Below the pieces are notes generated by a model, which searched no databases, was not told the DNA's origin, and saw nothing but the letters and a program-made list of their open reading frames with translations. The position numbers and the translations under genes were made by a program. A stretch of 63,256 nucleotides of DNA, counting the filler, from Octopus bimaculoides (taxonomy: Eukaryota), in the NCBI RefSeq assembly GCF_001194135.2. It is 5 parts of 4 records of this genome, joined end to end, with 100 filler letters (N's around TTAATTAATTAA, not from the genome) between each part and the next. Parts side by side here need not be neighbours in the genome. Positions count along the whole stretch, not along the records: positions 20,380 to 44,136 come from NC_068987.1; positions 44,237 to 53,561 come from NC_068987.1; positions 53,662 to 62,140 come from NC_069009.1; 2 more parts are not named here. The stretch is one strand, 5' to 3'. Of the stretch, positions 40,700 to 53,806 are shown piece after piece (positions within the stretch are counted from its first letter, which is position 1; every line of letters begins with the position of its first letter).

Positions 40700-41409
40700 T
40701 ACTCTGCCTATCTAGAGCCTCACAACTTTCTCCAACACCTCTGTCTAGATAGAAAAAAGGGAGTATATCTCCCTCGTTGCTGATGACTCACAGAACAATC
40801 ACCGTTGCTGGGAACTTAGTATATATGACAGCTGGAACCTCATTCAGGTTTCTGCATAACCATATCTCGTTCTTTTGGCTTACCTTTTAGTTCTGATCGA
40901 AGTTTTGTCATCGGAGAGAGATCAAAGCATTCCAGACTCTTGGTATTTTAACTTGTTTAGCAAGTGCTTTGCACGGATCGAACGATTCCCTTTTCTCACA
41001 TCCAACATAAACTCATCCCTCCACATCAGCTACGACTTGCACCAGATGCCCTCGTGTAGAACTCTTCTGATGCATTCTTAAATCTTGAGTTCCTTTGCAA
41101 TGGCTCTGATTGACTTTCCGGTGATTTATTTATTATTTATTGTACGTTTTGTACAAAGTTATGTGTTCGATGGTATTAGGACCATGTGCTTACGTTTAGC
41201 TGCTGATGTTGGATCACCATCATTAGCTACTTCTAGCTCCTATCGAAACTTTCAGGAAGTGGTACTTTCAAGGCAACAACTAGAGCGTGCCTTTTCTTTG
41301 CTGAGCCAACCTGATGTCTGACATTATTCATCAAAAAGGTAAGGTAAAATAAATAAGTTGGAAGAAAGAACACTTGGAAGAGGTGTCCTCAAAACACTGG
41401 CGCACCCTG
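40700..41409 (-). mobile_element. maT/DD37D-like Tc1/mariner element, 5' half, degenerate
   Basis: TIR start CAGGGTGCGCC next to TA (41410-41411). Translation: KSIRAIAKELKI..IRRVLHEGI..NRSIRAKHLLNKLK..SDDK..TEVLEKVV. The 3' part is lost at the SINE. Confidence 0.8.
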
Positions 41410-42034
41410 TATATATAGCTAATTCATGTCAACGTGAACTCTGTAGTTTACTTATCAATACTAGTCAAATAAACTATCTTGAATCGTAGCATGAAGAATA
41501 AATTAATCTTCTCATGAATCACTTGAACATACTTCATTAAAACTGCTTTTCGAGCGGTTTTATGTTCTTCGCTGATCTCATTCATGATACACTTACTAAT
41601 GTAACCGCATCAAAGCTCCCTAACGGCAAAATGTGGATGATTAGCTTTTGTGCGATCTGGTAAAGAGGGGTCTGTCGCTGGCTCAGAATGTTCTGTTATC
41701 TTTCCTGTTGTCACTTAAGTAGTTGAGAGTTACCGAGTCACGCTGTTCATATAATTATTTCTTTATTTTCAATTTTTAGTGCAAATTTACAATCTCTAAC
41801 CCTCACCTTTAATTTAAAACGCCTTGTGGTATCGTGATTATTTTGTCATCAAATAATTTTACTCTGTAAGTATGGTGTCAGTATATATTTATTGTAACCA
41901 GAGGAAAACTTTGGCCGTTGTATACTAAATATGGGTTTGTGTATGTGCAGGTATTATAAAATGAATAGAAAGTAGAGGAACTGCTAAAGGTGGGGATATT
42001 GAGATACACACATACAAGTAGAGGGACAAACGGA

Positions 42035-42118
<84 letters not shown>

Positions 42119-42312
42119 AGAGGAAAATCCTTCAGTGAAATGGGAAAGGGTGAAAACACACAACATAAAATTGTGAACCTACCAATTTTAATGCAGAACG
42201 GAGATTCCGGCTTCGAAATGATGAAATACATGTCAATCCCGACCGTCTGAAGAAGGTTATATCGATAAATAGATAGAGAGGGAGAGACAAACAGACAGAC
42301 TTACACATACAT

Positions 42313-42706
42313 ACTCTCTTTTACTCTTTTACTTGTTTCAGTCATTTGACTGCGGCCATGCTGGAGCACCGCCTTTATTCGAGCAAATCGACCCCGGGAC
42401 TTATTCGTTGTAAGCCTAGTACTTATTCTATGGGTCTCTTTTGCCGAACCGCTAGGTGACGGGGACATAAACACACAAGCATCGGTTGTCAAGTAATGCT
42501 AGGAGGACAAACACAGACACAAACACACACACACATATATATACATATATGCGACAGGCTTCTTTCAGTTTCCGTCTACCAAATCCACTCACAAGGCTTT
42601 GGTTGGTCCGAGGCTATAGTAGAAGACACTTGCCCAAGATGCCACGCAGTAGGACTGAACCCGGAACCGCGTAGTTGGTAAGCAAGCCACTTACCACACA
42701 GCCACT
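42313..42706 (-). mobile_element. Full-length SINE, same family as 40293
   Basis: High similarity along its whole length. Confidence 0.9.
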
Positions 42707-42798
42707 TCACATATAGAGATATATAGATATATATATACATATACATACATATATAGATATATAGATATATATACATATATATACATATATATATATGC

Positions 42799-42839
<41 letters not shown>

Positions 42840-43020
42840 ATATAAATATTTAGAGAAATAGTGCATGTGGGAGTGAGAGAAAGCAATACACGTACAATGA
42901 AAAAGTGATATGTAATTGTATGAATGTATGTATACGTGTGTACTATGTATGTATGTATTTAGTATGTGTGTATGCGTGTGTGTGTCAACTCTCTCACACT
43001 CTCTCATTATTATGTCCTCT

Positions 43021-43064
<44 letters not shown>

Positions 43065-43075
43065 CGTAGGCATTC

Positions 43076-43141
<66 letters not shown>

Positions 43142-43664
43142 GTTTCGAGGCGTACAAATGATAAAACGAAATAAATGAAATTTAGGAAGAATACAAAAGA
43201 CGGAAAGACTCACTGGATGGCAAGATTAAGAAACTTGAACGAGGCCTGTGGGATTTAAAATCATTGTACTGATATAATTATTGTGATGCGCCTGTCACCC
43301 AACGGATATCAATATGAATTTGACTGAGGCGAACATATTTCAACTTATTTGGCTAAGTTCCAAAACAAGATATGAAAGACATTGCCCGAACTTGACCGGT
43401 ACTAACTAATTACGGCTTTCAAAATAAGACTGAAGAAGAAAGAAAGTAACTGATTTTGATCGAAGAATTATTGGTAAATTTTCCAAAGCGAACAATGAAC
43501 TGGGAATTTCTATTAGGGATTTCGACTAAGATCATAAAATATGAAGAGCTTTGGGGCCAAATGTCCACTTTTGATAAATTTCATGTGTCTTTGTGGTTTT
43601 ATCTATATGTGTTACTTTATGTGTATATACATACATACACATAAACTATTTATATTTATAGGAA

Positions 43665-43757
<93 letters not shown>

Positions 43758-44136
43758 AAGTATATACATATGTATAAACACATACGTTTACACAAAAATT
43801 TGTGCATCTGCATATCTCAGCGCATACATACATATAAGTATATATACATATGTACACACAGACACACACACACATACATACATACATACATACATACATA
43901 CATACGTGCAGATATATATAGATGGATGGATGGATGGATGGATGGATGGATGGATGGATGGATATACATGTATGTGTGTCTGTCTATGAATAAATAGAGA
44001 AAACGAGAGAACGGACAGACAGACAGAAAGGGCTACATGAATAGATATTTGTGTGTATATGTTCATTTGCACTTTTGGCTTGTATGAACTTGTTACCGAA
44101 TATGTGTGAGTCATTTTGAGAGTATATATATATATA

Positions 44137-44236
44137 NNNNNNNNNNNNNNNNNNNNNNNNNNNNNNNNNNNNNNNNNNNNTTAATTAATTAANNNNNNNN
44201 NNNNNNNNNNNNNNNNNNNNNNNNNNNNNNNNNNNN
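44137..44236. other. Artificial 100-bp scaffold spacer
   Basis: 44N-TTAATTAATTAA-44N. Confidence 0.95.
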
Positions 44237-44403
44237 GTAATTACAGAGGAAGAACGAGAGGGGTAAAGCGAGATACGTAGTAGTAAAGAGGAAGAACGAG
44301 GGGAAGAGAGAGAGTGGTAGAGGGAGAAAGAAAGGGAGGAAGTAGAAGAATAGGTGAGCAACGAAAGGAAAAGAGAAGAGAGGAAATATATATATATATA
44401 TAT

Positions 44404-44760
44404 ATTAACACTGGCGTTTCGAAGAGTTAGGGCAGGACGCATCGTTAAAATGGCTCTTCCCACGGACACAAATTAAATTTGTTCCATGGAGGAATGTAGG
44501 GGTGGACAGAAAACAAGCCAAGAAAACGAAACAGTGAAATAAACAAACAAAGAAAGCTATAAGGCCAGTCGTGAAAAACTATGTGTATATTGAACGCTGT
44601 GAAGCACGAACTGGAATGAAACGGGACGAGGAATGTTCGTGTGTGCTTGGCGGGGCAAAGATATTGAAAGGAATTAATAGATAGACACATGTGACAGTGA
44701 GGGGTAGGGTGAAAGAGTGGTAGAGGGAGAAGAAGGGGAGGAAGTAGAATATAAGTGAGC

Positions 44761-44804
<44 letters not shown>

Positions 44805-45160
44805 TAGAAGGGGAGAGGTGAAGAACAGTAGAAGGAAGAATGAGAGGGGGAGATTTATACAAAGATAGAAAGAGTCGCGTCAGAAAAATAAAGTTCAAAA
44901 CTTACTTGCAATGTAACGCGTGCGTTCGATCGTGTAATGCAAATAATATATGAGTATATGCATATATATGTACATGTATGTACATACCTTCATCTATATG
45001 TATATATAGATGCATATCTGGGTACATGACGTTGCAAAAAACATGGACAAAATGATAAACACGGTACAGAAAACACACAGGCTGCACAGAGAAGATTTCC
45101 TTCATCAGCTGCCACCATTATAACGCTGGCGTTTCGAAGAGACAAGGTGTACGTACGCCG
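44404..45160 (-). repeat. Interspersed repeat pieces sharing CTCTTCGAAACGCCAG(C/T)GTTA ends (possibly Penelope-type terminal repeats)
   Basis: The motif occurs at ~44405 and ~45120; a purine-rich block is repeated at ~44310 and ~44715. The family assignment is inference only. Confidence 0.35.
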
Positions 45161-45186
45161 CTATATATATATATATATATATATAT

Positions 45187-45487
45187 GAATAATAGAGAAT
45201 GGGACAAGGACACAAAACATCCAGACAGTAGGTGATACAAGAAAGGGACAAGACATCCAGATGGACGATACAAGGAAACAAGGATAGGTCATTCAGAGTT
45301 TTCTTTCCTCAGTTGAGATCCAGTTAACCAGCCGAAATTGCAAGGATAATCTGGATTTCGACTGAGGAAAGAAAACTCCGAATGACCTGTCCTTGTTTCC
45401 TTGTATCGTCTATCTGGAAGTTTTGTCCCTTTCTTGTATCACCTACTATCTGGATGTTTTGCGTCCTTGTCCCATTCTGTATTATTC
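45187..45487. mobile_element. Fold-back/MITE-like hairpin embedded in (TA)n
   Basis: Arms 45187-45323 and 45351-45487 (~137 bp) are reverse complements with few mismatches. Loop 27 nt; (TA)n on both sides. Confidence 0.85.
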
Positions 45488-45681
45488 ATATATATATATA
45501 GTCACAACGAGAATATTTAAACCTCTTATAGGGAATATTTTTTATCCAAGATACACTGGTTTAACATATTGTATTTTGAAGAGATATTTCTTCAATGAAT
45601 ATATTATATAAAATATCGTAAAATATCAAATATTATTATCAAATATTATATAATATATCGTAAAATATCAAATAAACTCAG

Positions 45682-45743
<62 letters not shown>

Positions 45744-46271
45744 ACGTATGTGTGTGTGTGTGGAGGTGTGTACGTATGTGTGTGAGTGTGTGTGTGCGTG
45801 CATGCGTCCGTGTGTGTATTAGATACATGCAAATACTTTACCATGGTTTTAAAGATCATGGTTAATACAATATTATCCTAGTAGATATCTCATAAACAGT
45901 CATGCTGAAGCTACAAGAGTAAAACTCTCATGTGGGCCCGCTAACATTTGTCTGCAAATTTGACGGTCGGTCTTCTTAGGGTCGAAGAAGATACACTTTA
46001 CTAACGAGTTGCCTTTATTTTTCTTTTAAAATTCTCCCTACCTGAGAAATGCCTTAACGACATACGCATCTTTGGAATGCACAGCCATGCATTATGATCG
46101 GCTAAAGAGCAGATGTCCAGTCAGCCGAACAAATTAATTGTCATATGTATGTATGTATGTATGTATGTATCTATCTATCTATCTATCTATCTACATACAG
46201 CATACACACACACACGCACGCACGCACACACAAACACGCATGCACACACACACACACGCACACACACAGAC

Positions 46272-46302
<31 letters not shown>

Positions 46303-47916
46303 NNNNNNNNNNNNNNNNNNNNNNNNNNNNNNNNNNNNNNNNNNNNNNNNNNNNNNNNNNNNNNNNNNNNNNNNNNNNNNNNNNNNNNNNNNNNNNNNNN
46401 NNNNNNNNNNNNNNNNNNNNNNNNNNNNNNNNNNNNNNNNNNNNNNNNNNNNNNNNNNNNNNNNNNNNNNNNNNNNNNNNNNNNNNNNNNNNNNNNNNNN
46501 NNNNNNNNNNNNNNNNNNNNNNNNNNNNNNNNNNNNNNNNNNNNNNNNNNNNNNNNNNNNNNNNNNNNNNNNNNNNNNNNNNNNNNNNNNNNNNNNNNNN
46601 NNNNNNNNNNNNNNNNNNNNNNNNNNNNNNNNNNNNNNNNNNNNNNNNNNNNNNNNNNNNNNNNNNNNNNNNNNNNNNNNNNNNNNNNNNNNNNNNNNNN
46701 NNNNNNNNNNNNNNNNNNNNNNNNNNNNNNNNNNNNNNNNNNNNNNNNNNNNNNNNNNNNNNNNNNNNNNNNNNNNNNNNNNNNNNNNNNNNNNNNNNNN
46801 NNNNNNNNNNNNNNNNNNNNNNNNNNNNNNNNNNNNNNNNNNNNNNNNNNNNNNNNNNNNNNNNNNNNNNNNNNNNNNNNNNNNNNNNNNNNNNNNNNNN
46901 NNNNNNNNNNNNNNNNNNNNNNNNNNNNNNNNNNNNNNNNNNNNNNNNNNNNNNNNNNNNNNNNNNNNNNNNNNNNNNNNNNNNNNNNNNNNNNNNNNNN
47001 NNNNNNNNNNNNNNNNNNNNNNNNNNNNNNNNNNNNNNNNNNNNNNNNNNNNNNNNNNNNNNNNNNNNNNNNNNNNNNNNNNNNNNNNNNNNNNNNNNNN
47101 NNNNNNNNNNNNNNNNNNNNNNNNNNNNNNNNNNNNNNNNNNNNNNNNNNNNNNNNNNNNNNNNNNNNNNNNNNNNNNNNNNNNNNNNNNNNNNNNNACG
47201 TTCATACATACATACATACATACATACATACATAGTGTGTGTGTGTGTGTTTGTGTGTATCTGAACAATAATTGTAATGTGATGCCGAGTTTCTCTCTGA
47301 TTTACAAAGGATTGGAGTAGTTCAGCAATAAATACACGATGATCCGGAAACTTTATTTTCAAAATGGCACACCTATGGTTAGACATACATCAGCAGTACT
47401 TTTAGTTTGGTGCTTCTTAAGAAAATTAAAGAAGAATTTATCATATTTTTCATCTCCACACTGGAATATAAATAAATCCAACACCTAGTCATCAGTGACT
47501 GTCGTATTATATAAAACTCTATTTCTGGAAATATCGACAAGAAAAACGCAATATCATTTTTTGTTTCGACTGAGTTGTAAAAGTATATTTCGGTTTTAAT
47601 CATTGTCTCTGAACAATTGCCATTCCTCGAAGTCATTTTCCGGTTCTTATGAATGATACATCTCACACTTGCTTACTATAACTCATATATCCGCTTTTTA
47701 TAACATAAATTGCAAATACTGCTTGCCTTGTAGTTGATGACAGTCATATAATCTATCTCGAAAATTATTTTAGCCTGAATGTTAAAATCTAAGTTTCTGT
47801 CATAGTGGAGCTGAAGCCTCAAATGAAGTAACCCAGATCGATTTGGTTTGGAAAGTGTAGCCGTAAACATATACCTGCTACGAATGGTGAAAATTTGCAT
47901 GAAGAGACTAGAATAT

Positions 47917-48322
47917 AGGTGCAGGCATTGCCGTGAGGTACGAAAATTTGCTTCCCAACCACATGGTTTCGGCTCCAGTCTCACTGTGTGGTACCTTGGG
48001 CAAGTGTCTTCTACTATAGCCTTCGGCCGACCAAAGCTTTGTGAGTGGATTTGGTGGACTGAAACTGAAAGAAGGCGTTGTATATTGTGTGTGTGGGTGT
48101 TTCTGTCTGTGTTTGTCCCCCACCACAACTTGACAACTAATGTTGGTTTGTTTACGTCCCGTTACTTGGCGATGTGGTAAGATGCCAATAGATTAAGTAC
48201 AAGGCTTTTTAATGAAGAACAAGTTTGGGGGTCGATTCATTCGACTAAAAAAATTTCAAAGTGTTGGGCCAGGAAGCCCGCAGTCTCATGGCTGAACTAA
48301 GTGAAAGATGAAAGATGAAAGA
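47917..48322 (+). mobile_element. Older full-length SINE, same family as 40293
   Basis: Head, CCTTGGGCAAGTGTCTTCTACTATAGCC core and (GAAAGAT)n tail. Confidence 0.88.
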
Positions 48323-48329
48323 TTTTATT

Positions 48330-48445
48330 CGTTAAATTGGCAGAGTTGTTAGAACGTTGGCTATAATGCTGTACTGCATTTGTTCAGATGTTTTTGCACT
48401 CTGAGTTTTTTTCTTACATTCTTTCAGGGTCGATGAAAAATATGA
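48330..48445 (+). mobile_element. Degenerate SINE (same family as 15363 and 61025)
   Basis: TTGGCAGAGTTGTTAGAAC head and TTTCAGGGTCGATGAAAA core. Confidence 0.5.
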
Positions 48446-49485
48446 TCTAGAAACTGATGCCTTACAGAATCCTGTTGTTGGCTACTTGCATGCGAAACAT
48501 AATCCGTCAACTATTTTAATACTATGTCTAGCGTTTAGAGTGTCTTTATCAGAGTCCACTCTATTGTAAGTAGTTGGGCCAGGACTCGGGCACGAAGATA
48601 TCTTTCTATCACCTTCTCGCCAGCCTCAGTGTTTGAAGAATCATTGGCACTGCTTTCTTTTTTGGACTAAAAGATAAAAAGTAAATAAATAAATAAAATA
48701 TCCTACTAAACTGAAAGAAAAATTACTTGCTTCTTGCAGCTATATCGAAAATATGAATGATGAGTAAATAGTTACTTTGGTTAGTTTATTTATAGAGAGC
48801 TTGCGAGCTCAGCTTACATGTTCTTTGTAACCCAATGTGCAAGTTCCATAGTCATGCAAATAATATTACATGTAACGTTGACTGCATTCGCTGGTGGTTC
48901 AAGGATTTGTAAGCTTTCGTTAAAAGAAACAGATCCTGCAGCCGACAGTATCTCTGAACAGTGACGTGCATATTTTCCTTCAACTTCCGTGAATTGTGTA
49001 GCATCTCGCATCAGATATGCAGAAATATCTGTCGACATGGAGAAAGTCCTTGATTTTCCTCATCTTCTGACAATGGCAAGAAACATAGAAGCTTACTTCT
49101 AGAGCAGATTGATTGATTTCGTATATTTGATAAGGAGTCCAAGGCTTATAGTGCAATCAAAACTTGAAATCTTTTGCTGTTTTATGAGATGTCCGCTTGT
49201 GTATTAGATATATCTTAGAATTGAAGGCTTGATATGTAAAAAAATGATTTTAGAAAAGTGAAAACAGCTATCCACAGTGTGAATACCTTCCCATAGAAAA
49301 CTAACTTTATAACGGTTGATGAAAGGAATAAAAAAAAGTAATTAATAACATTTTTGCAATTAGTGTACGAGATATGATAATGCACAGAAAAAAATATGAC
49401 CCATTAAAATGTTTGCGTAGTGTTATTTACATATTCGTACGTATTGAGGTAGTAAGAAATTAATAAATATATATCGGTGTAAGTC

Positions 49486-49866
49486 TTGTTGGCACTCCGT
49501 CGCCTACGACGTCGAGGGTTCCAGTTGATCCGATCAACAGAACAGCCTGCTCGTGAAATTAACGTGCAAGTGGCTGAGCACTCCACAGACACGTGTACCC
49601 TTAATGTAGTTCTCGGGGATATTCAGTGTGACACTGTGACAAAGCTGACCCTTTGAAATACAGGTACAACAGAAACAGGAAGTAAGAGTGAGAGAAAGTT
49701 GTTGTGAAAGAGTACAGCAAGGGTCACCACCACCCCCTTCCGGAGCCTCGTGGAGCTTTAAGTGTTTTCGCGCAATAAACACTCACAACGCCCGGTCTGG
49801 GAATCGAAACCGCGATCCTATGACCGCGAGTCCGCTGCCCTAACCACTGGACTATTGCGCTTCCAC
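49486..49866 (-). mobile_element. Full-length tRNA-derived SINE (second family, with the GTGGAGTGCTCAGCCACTTGCACGTTAATTTCACGAGC 3' domain)
   Basis: Clear A box (TAGTCCAGTGG) and B box (GTTTCGATTCC) in the head. The 3' half is shared with 62913-63234. Confidence 0.88.
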
Positions 49867-49869
49867 ATC

Positions 49870-50133
49870 GGTCTCAAACCATACCTGGCTGATAAGAGCC
49901 GGTTTCGCCGTTTCATTGGCGTATGGGTTCCCCACATGGACGGAACGCAGGTCCGACGCAGGTGAGCTACTAGATGCAGGAGGAAAGAGTGAGACAGAGT
50001 TGTGGCGAAAGAGTCATCAGAAGTTCGCCATTACCTTCTGCCGGAGCCGCGTGGAGCTTAGGTGTTTCGCTCATAAACACACAGCTCCCGGCCTGAGATT
50101 CGAACCCGCGATCCTTCGAATTCGCTGCTCTTA
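49870..50133 (-). mobile_element. SINE related to 49486 in head and middle but with a different 3' tail
   Basis: B box GGTTCGAATCT; shares the AAACACCTAAGCTCCACGCGGCTCCGG..ACTCTTT..CACAAC middle block; the 3' ~90 nt are unrelated. Confidence 0.8.
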
Positions 50134-50604
50134 CTTTTAGGTGATGTGTCTCAACTCATCTACGTTTTATACTAATCGTAAATTATCGTATAAGAAGTAA
50201 CTCAAATAGGCCAGTGCACTGAATGCAGATAATTCAGGTAGCTGTAGAAGTACTGAATCCCATACGCAAAGGATTGTAAAAAAATTGAAATTCGCCGGTT
50301 GGCTCTTAAAAAAAAAAAAAAAAATTCTCACAGCAATTGTCTGTGATTCTCAGTAAAGAGAGAAAATAATAGGAGGAATTTAAGAATTAATTGCAAAGAA
50401 AATTTAATTTTCATGCTAATGATTCAAGCCTGATCTTTGCCAGTTGCGGTTATATTGCGGCATATTTGAACTCATCAGCGAAGTATAGCATATGTCCACA
50501 TTTATCATTTTTCTTAGTTCACTCCTTGTAATTATGCGGATCTCTACTGTTTAAAACTAATCGCAACTTCACTTCTGGCTGTGAGAATCTACATTCATTG
50601 TTCG

Positions 50605-50709
50605 AGCAGGCTCTAGAAGTCTATGCTCCGCTGGTGAGCTCTAATAAGAGCGAAACATTCGTACTAGTTATATTCCCATCAGATCGAAGCAAGAGAGCTT
50701 CAGCCTGCT
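50605..50709 (+). ncRNA. Hammerhead-ribozyme-like motif, probably a degenerate relic
   Basis: CTGGTGA-GCTCT-AATA-AGAGC-GAAAC at 50631-50656. The core has A6>G and stem III is weak. Confidence 0.4.
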
Positions 50710-50865
50710 AGAAATAGCAGCCTAGCTCCTTCAAACTACATTTTACTTCCATGTGCATGATTCCTTGCACATCGCTGAAAAGAAAGGACGGGTAGTTTAC
50801 TGTTTGAGCACCTATAACCAAAAGCGTGTTCGCCCAGAGCTTACCCCACTCTCACGAAAACTACA

Positions 50866-50899
<34 letters not shown>

Positions 50900-50919
50900 A
50901 CACCACCACCACCACCACC

Positions 50920-51004
<85 letters not shown>

Positions 51005-51478
51005 TTTCGCCATGTCGTCAGATCTTATTTTACCGAAACAATGAAAATTAAATTTTCTGCGAAATTAATTTTTAATTGGTTCTAATTAACTATCTCTCAT
51101 TTTTCTCCGAAAGTTGTTCATAATTATCGCAAGACTTTTGTTTTTCCTCCATCACCTGAGAGGTAAATTTCTTTTAATTTAGGAAATTTTATTTTCTATT
51201 ACATTTAATGCTGAAATATTTAAGTCATTTAAGTACAACACTACCCACCTGAGCTATCGCTGCCTCTCTCCTCTCTCTTTCACACACACACTGATTGTAT
51301 ATGTGTATGTACGTATGTATGTATGTGTGTATGTATGTATGTATGTATGTATAGATAGATAGATAGATAGATAGATAGATGTATATATCTCCAGTTCTCT
51401 CATACCATCTTTTCTTTCCTTCTTTCCTTCTTTCCTTCCTTTGTTTACTCCTATGTGCACGTGTATGTATAGGAGTGC

Positions 51479-51534
<56 letters not shown>

Positions 51535-51549
51535 GTCTGTCTGTCTGTT

Positions 51550-51596
<47 letters not shown>

Positions 51597-51820
51597 ATAT
51601 GTATATATATACATTTACACACGCACACACACACATACACACGTGCGTGCACACACACACACACACACACATACATAGCGAGATAAGCACATAGTTGAAT
51701 ATACATATATATATGTTCATACATGCGTAGAAATATGGAAGGCTACACATTTAACGAACCTGAGTGATCAAGATAGAATGAGAAAGAGAGAGAGAAGGGA
51801 GAGAGAGGAGGAGAGAGAGG

Positions 51821-51865
<45 letters not shown>

Positions 51866-52414
51866 ATAGAGGCAGAGAAAGTCAGAGAGAAAGAGAAACT
51901 ATCGAAAGAATGAGAAGGTCAGGAAGTACATTGCATGGATTTCATTAAGAAAAATATTTTATACATTCCATAGTTTGAGGCATATCGTGTTAATTTCCTG
52001 ATTAATAGTGGAAAATGGCGGTGGTTGTGGTGGTGATGGTGGTGGTGGTGTTGGTGGAAGGTTTGGTGGTGGTATTGGTGGTGGTGTTGGTGGTGGTGTT
52101 GGTGGTGTCTCGTTTCCATGTTTCAGTTGTTGCAGTAAGTTATGTTACGTGGGGAAGATATTTGCAATCTTTGCAATATAATGAAGGCACTGATGAATGC
52201 ACACACACACACACACATACTGCACACATACACACACACATACTGCACACATACACACACACGTACTGCACACATACACACACATTGGTACGCACACATG
52301 TACAATCGAACACACACAAACAGATGCTTGTATGCACGTACATATGTGCACACACACTTGCGTATCTGTAGAGAAACACGTTGTCACAAGCGTATGCAAA
52401 ATTAAGTACGTCAG

Positions 52415-52449
<35 letters not shown>

Positions 52450-53299
52450 ACTGTGTATGTGTATGTATGCATGTATATNNNNNNNNNNNNNNNNNNNNNN
52501 NNNNNNNNNNNNNNNNNNNNNNNNNNNNNNNNNNNNNNNNNNNNNNNNNNNNNNNNNNNNNNNNNNNNNNNNNNNNNNNNNNNNNNNNNNNNNNNNNNNN
52601 NNNNNNNNNNNNNNNNNNNNNNNNNNNNNNNNNNNNNNNNNNNNNNNNNNNNNNNNNNNNNNNNNNNNNNNNNNNNNNNNNNNNNNNNNNNNNNNNNNNN
52701 NNNNNNNNNNNNNNNNNNNNNNNNNNNNNNNNNNNNNNNNNNNNNNNNNNNNNNNNNNNNNNNNNNNNNNNNNNNNNNNNNNNNNNNNNNNNNNNNNNNN
52801 NNNNNNNNNNNNNNNNNNNNNNNNNNNNNNNNNNNNNNNNNNNNNNNNNNNNNNNNNNNNNNNNNNNNNNNNNNNNNNNNNNNNNNNNNNNNNNNNNNNN
52901 NNNNNNNNNNNNNNNNNNNNNNNNNNNNNNNNNNNNNNNNNNNNNNNNNNNNNNNNNNNNNNNNNNNNNNNNNNNNNNNNNNNNNNNNNNNNNNNNNNNN
53001 NNNNNNNNNNNNNNNNNNNNNNNNNNNNNNNNNNNNNNNNNNNNNNNNNNNNNNNNNNNNNNNNNNNNNNNNNNNNNNNNNNNNNNNNNATATATATATA
53101 TATATATATGATTTCCACTCCCATTTCTATACTTCTTTGTATATGTCGGCTGATTGAACTGTGGTAAGTCTTGTGGAACGGACCATTAACTTTAGTTCTT
53201 TGTCTGTCCGTCGTTCCTTCTTCCTGGTTTTTCTTCTTTTTTTTTTCGGTTATGATGGCTGTGTTGGAGATGCAAGTGATGAGAGATATGATAACCGTG

Positions 53300-53403
53300 T
53301 TGATGATGATGATGGCTGTCACAACAATGATGGTGATGATGGTTCTTGTGATGCTGCTGCTGCTGCTGTTGATGACGATGATGACGATGATAACGATGAT
53401 AAC

Positions 53404-53446
<43 letters not shown>

Positions 53447-53561
53447 GGAATGATGATGATGATGATGATGACGATGATGATGATGATGATGACGATGATG
53501 ACGATGATGATGATGATGATGACGATGATGACGACGATGATGATGATGATGATGATGATGA
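53300..53561. repeat. (GAT)n microsatellite
   Basis: Visible directly. Confidence 0.95.
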
Positions 53562-53661
53562 NNNNNNNNNNNNNNNNNNNNNNNNNNNNNNNNNNNNNNN
53601 NNNNNTTAATTAATTAANNNNNNNNNNNNNNNNNNNNNNNNNNNNNNNNNNNNNNNNNNNN
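53562..53661. other. Artificial 100-bp scaffold spacer
   Basis: 44N-TTAATTAATTAA-44N. Confidence 0.95.
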
Positions 53662-53806
53662 ATCAACGAAGTGAAAAGGTTTTTGTTGACAGAGGGCTAG
53701 GGGCACTGTTTGATATCACTGGTTCTCTCAATGTTATTACCATTTTGTCTCTTCTCTTTTTCAACTCTTACTGACACTGCTATGAGAGAATAATTTATCT
53801 TAGATA

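Noticed and set aside
45362-45388. CTGAGGA-AAGAAAACTC-CGAAT in the hairpin arm as a hammerhead
   Set aside because: Both arms read GAAT rather than GAAA, and stem II is not closed.
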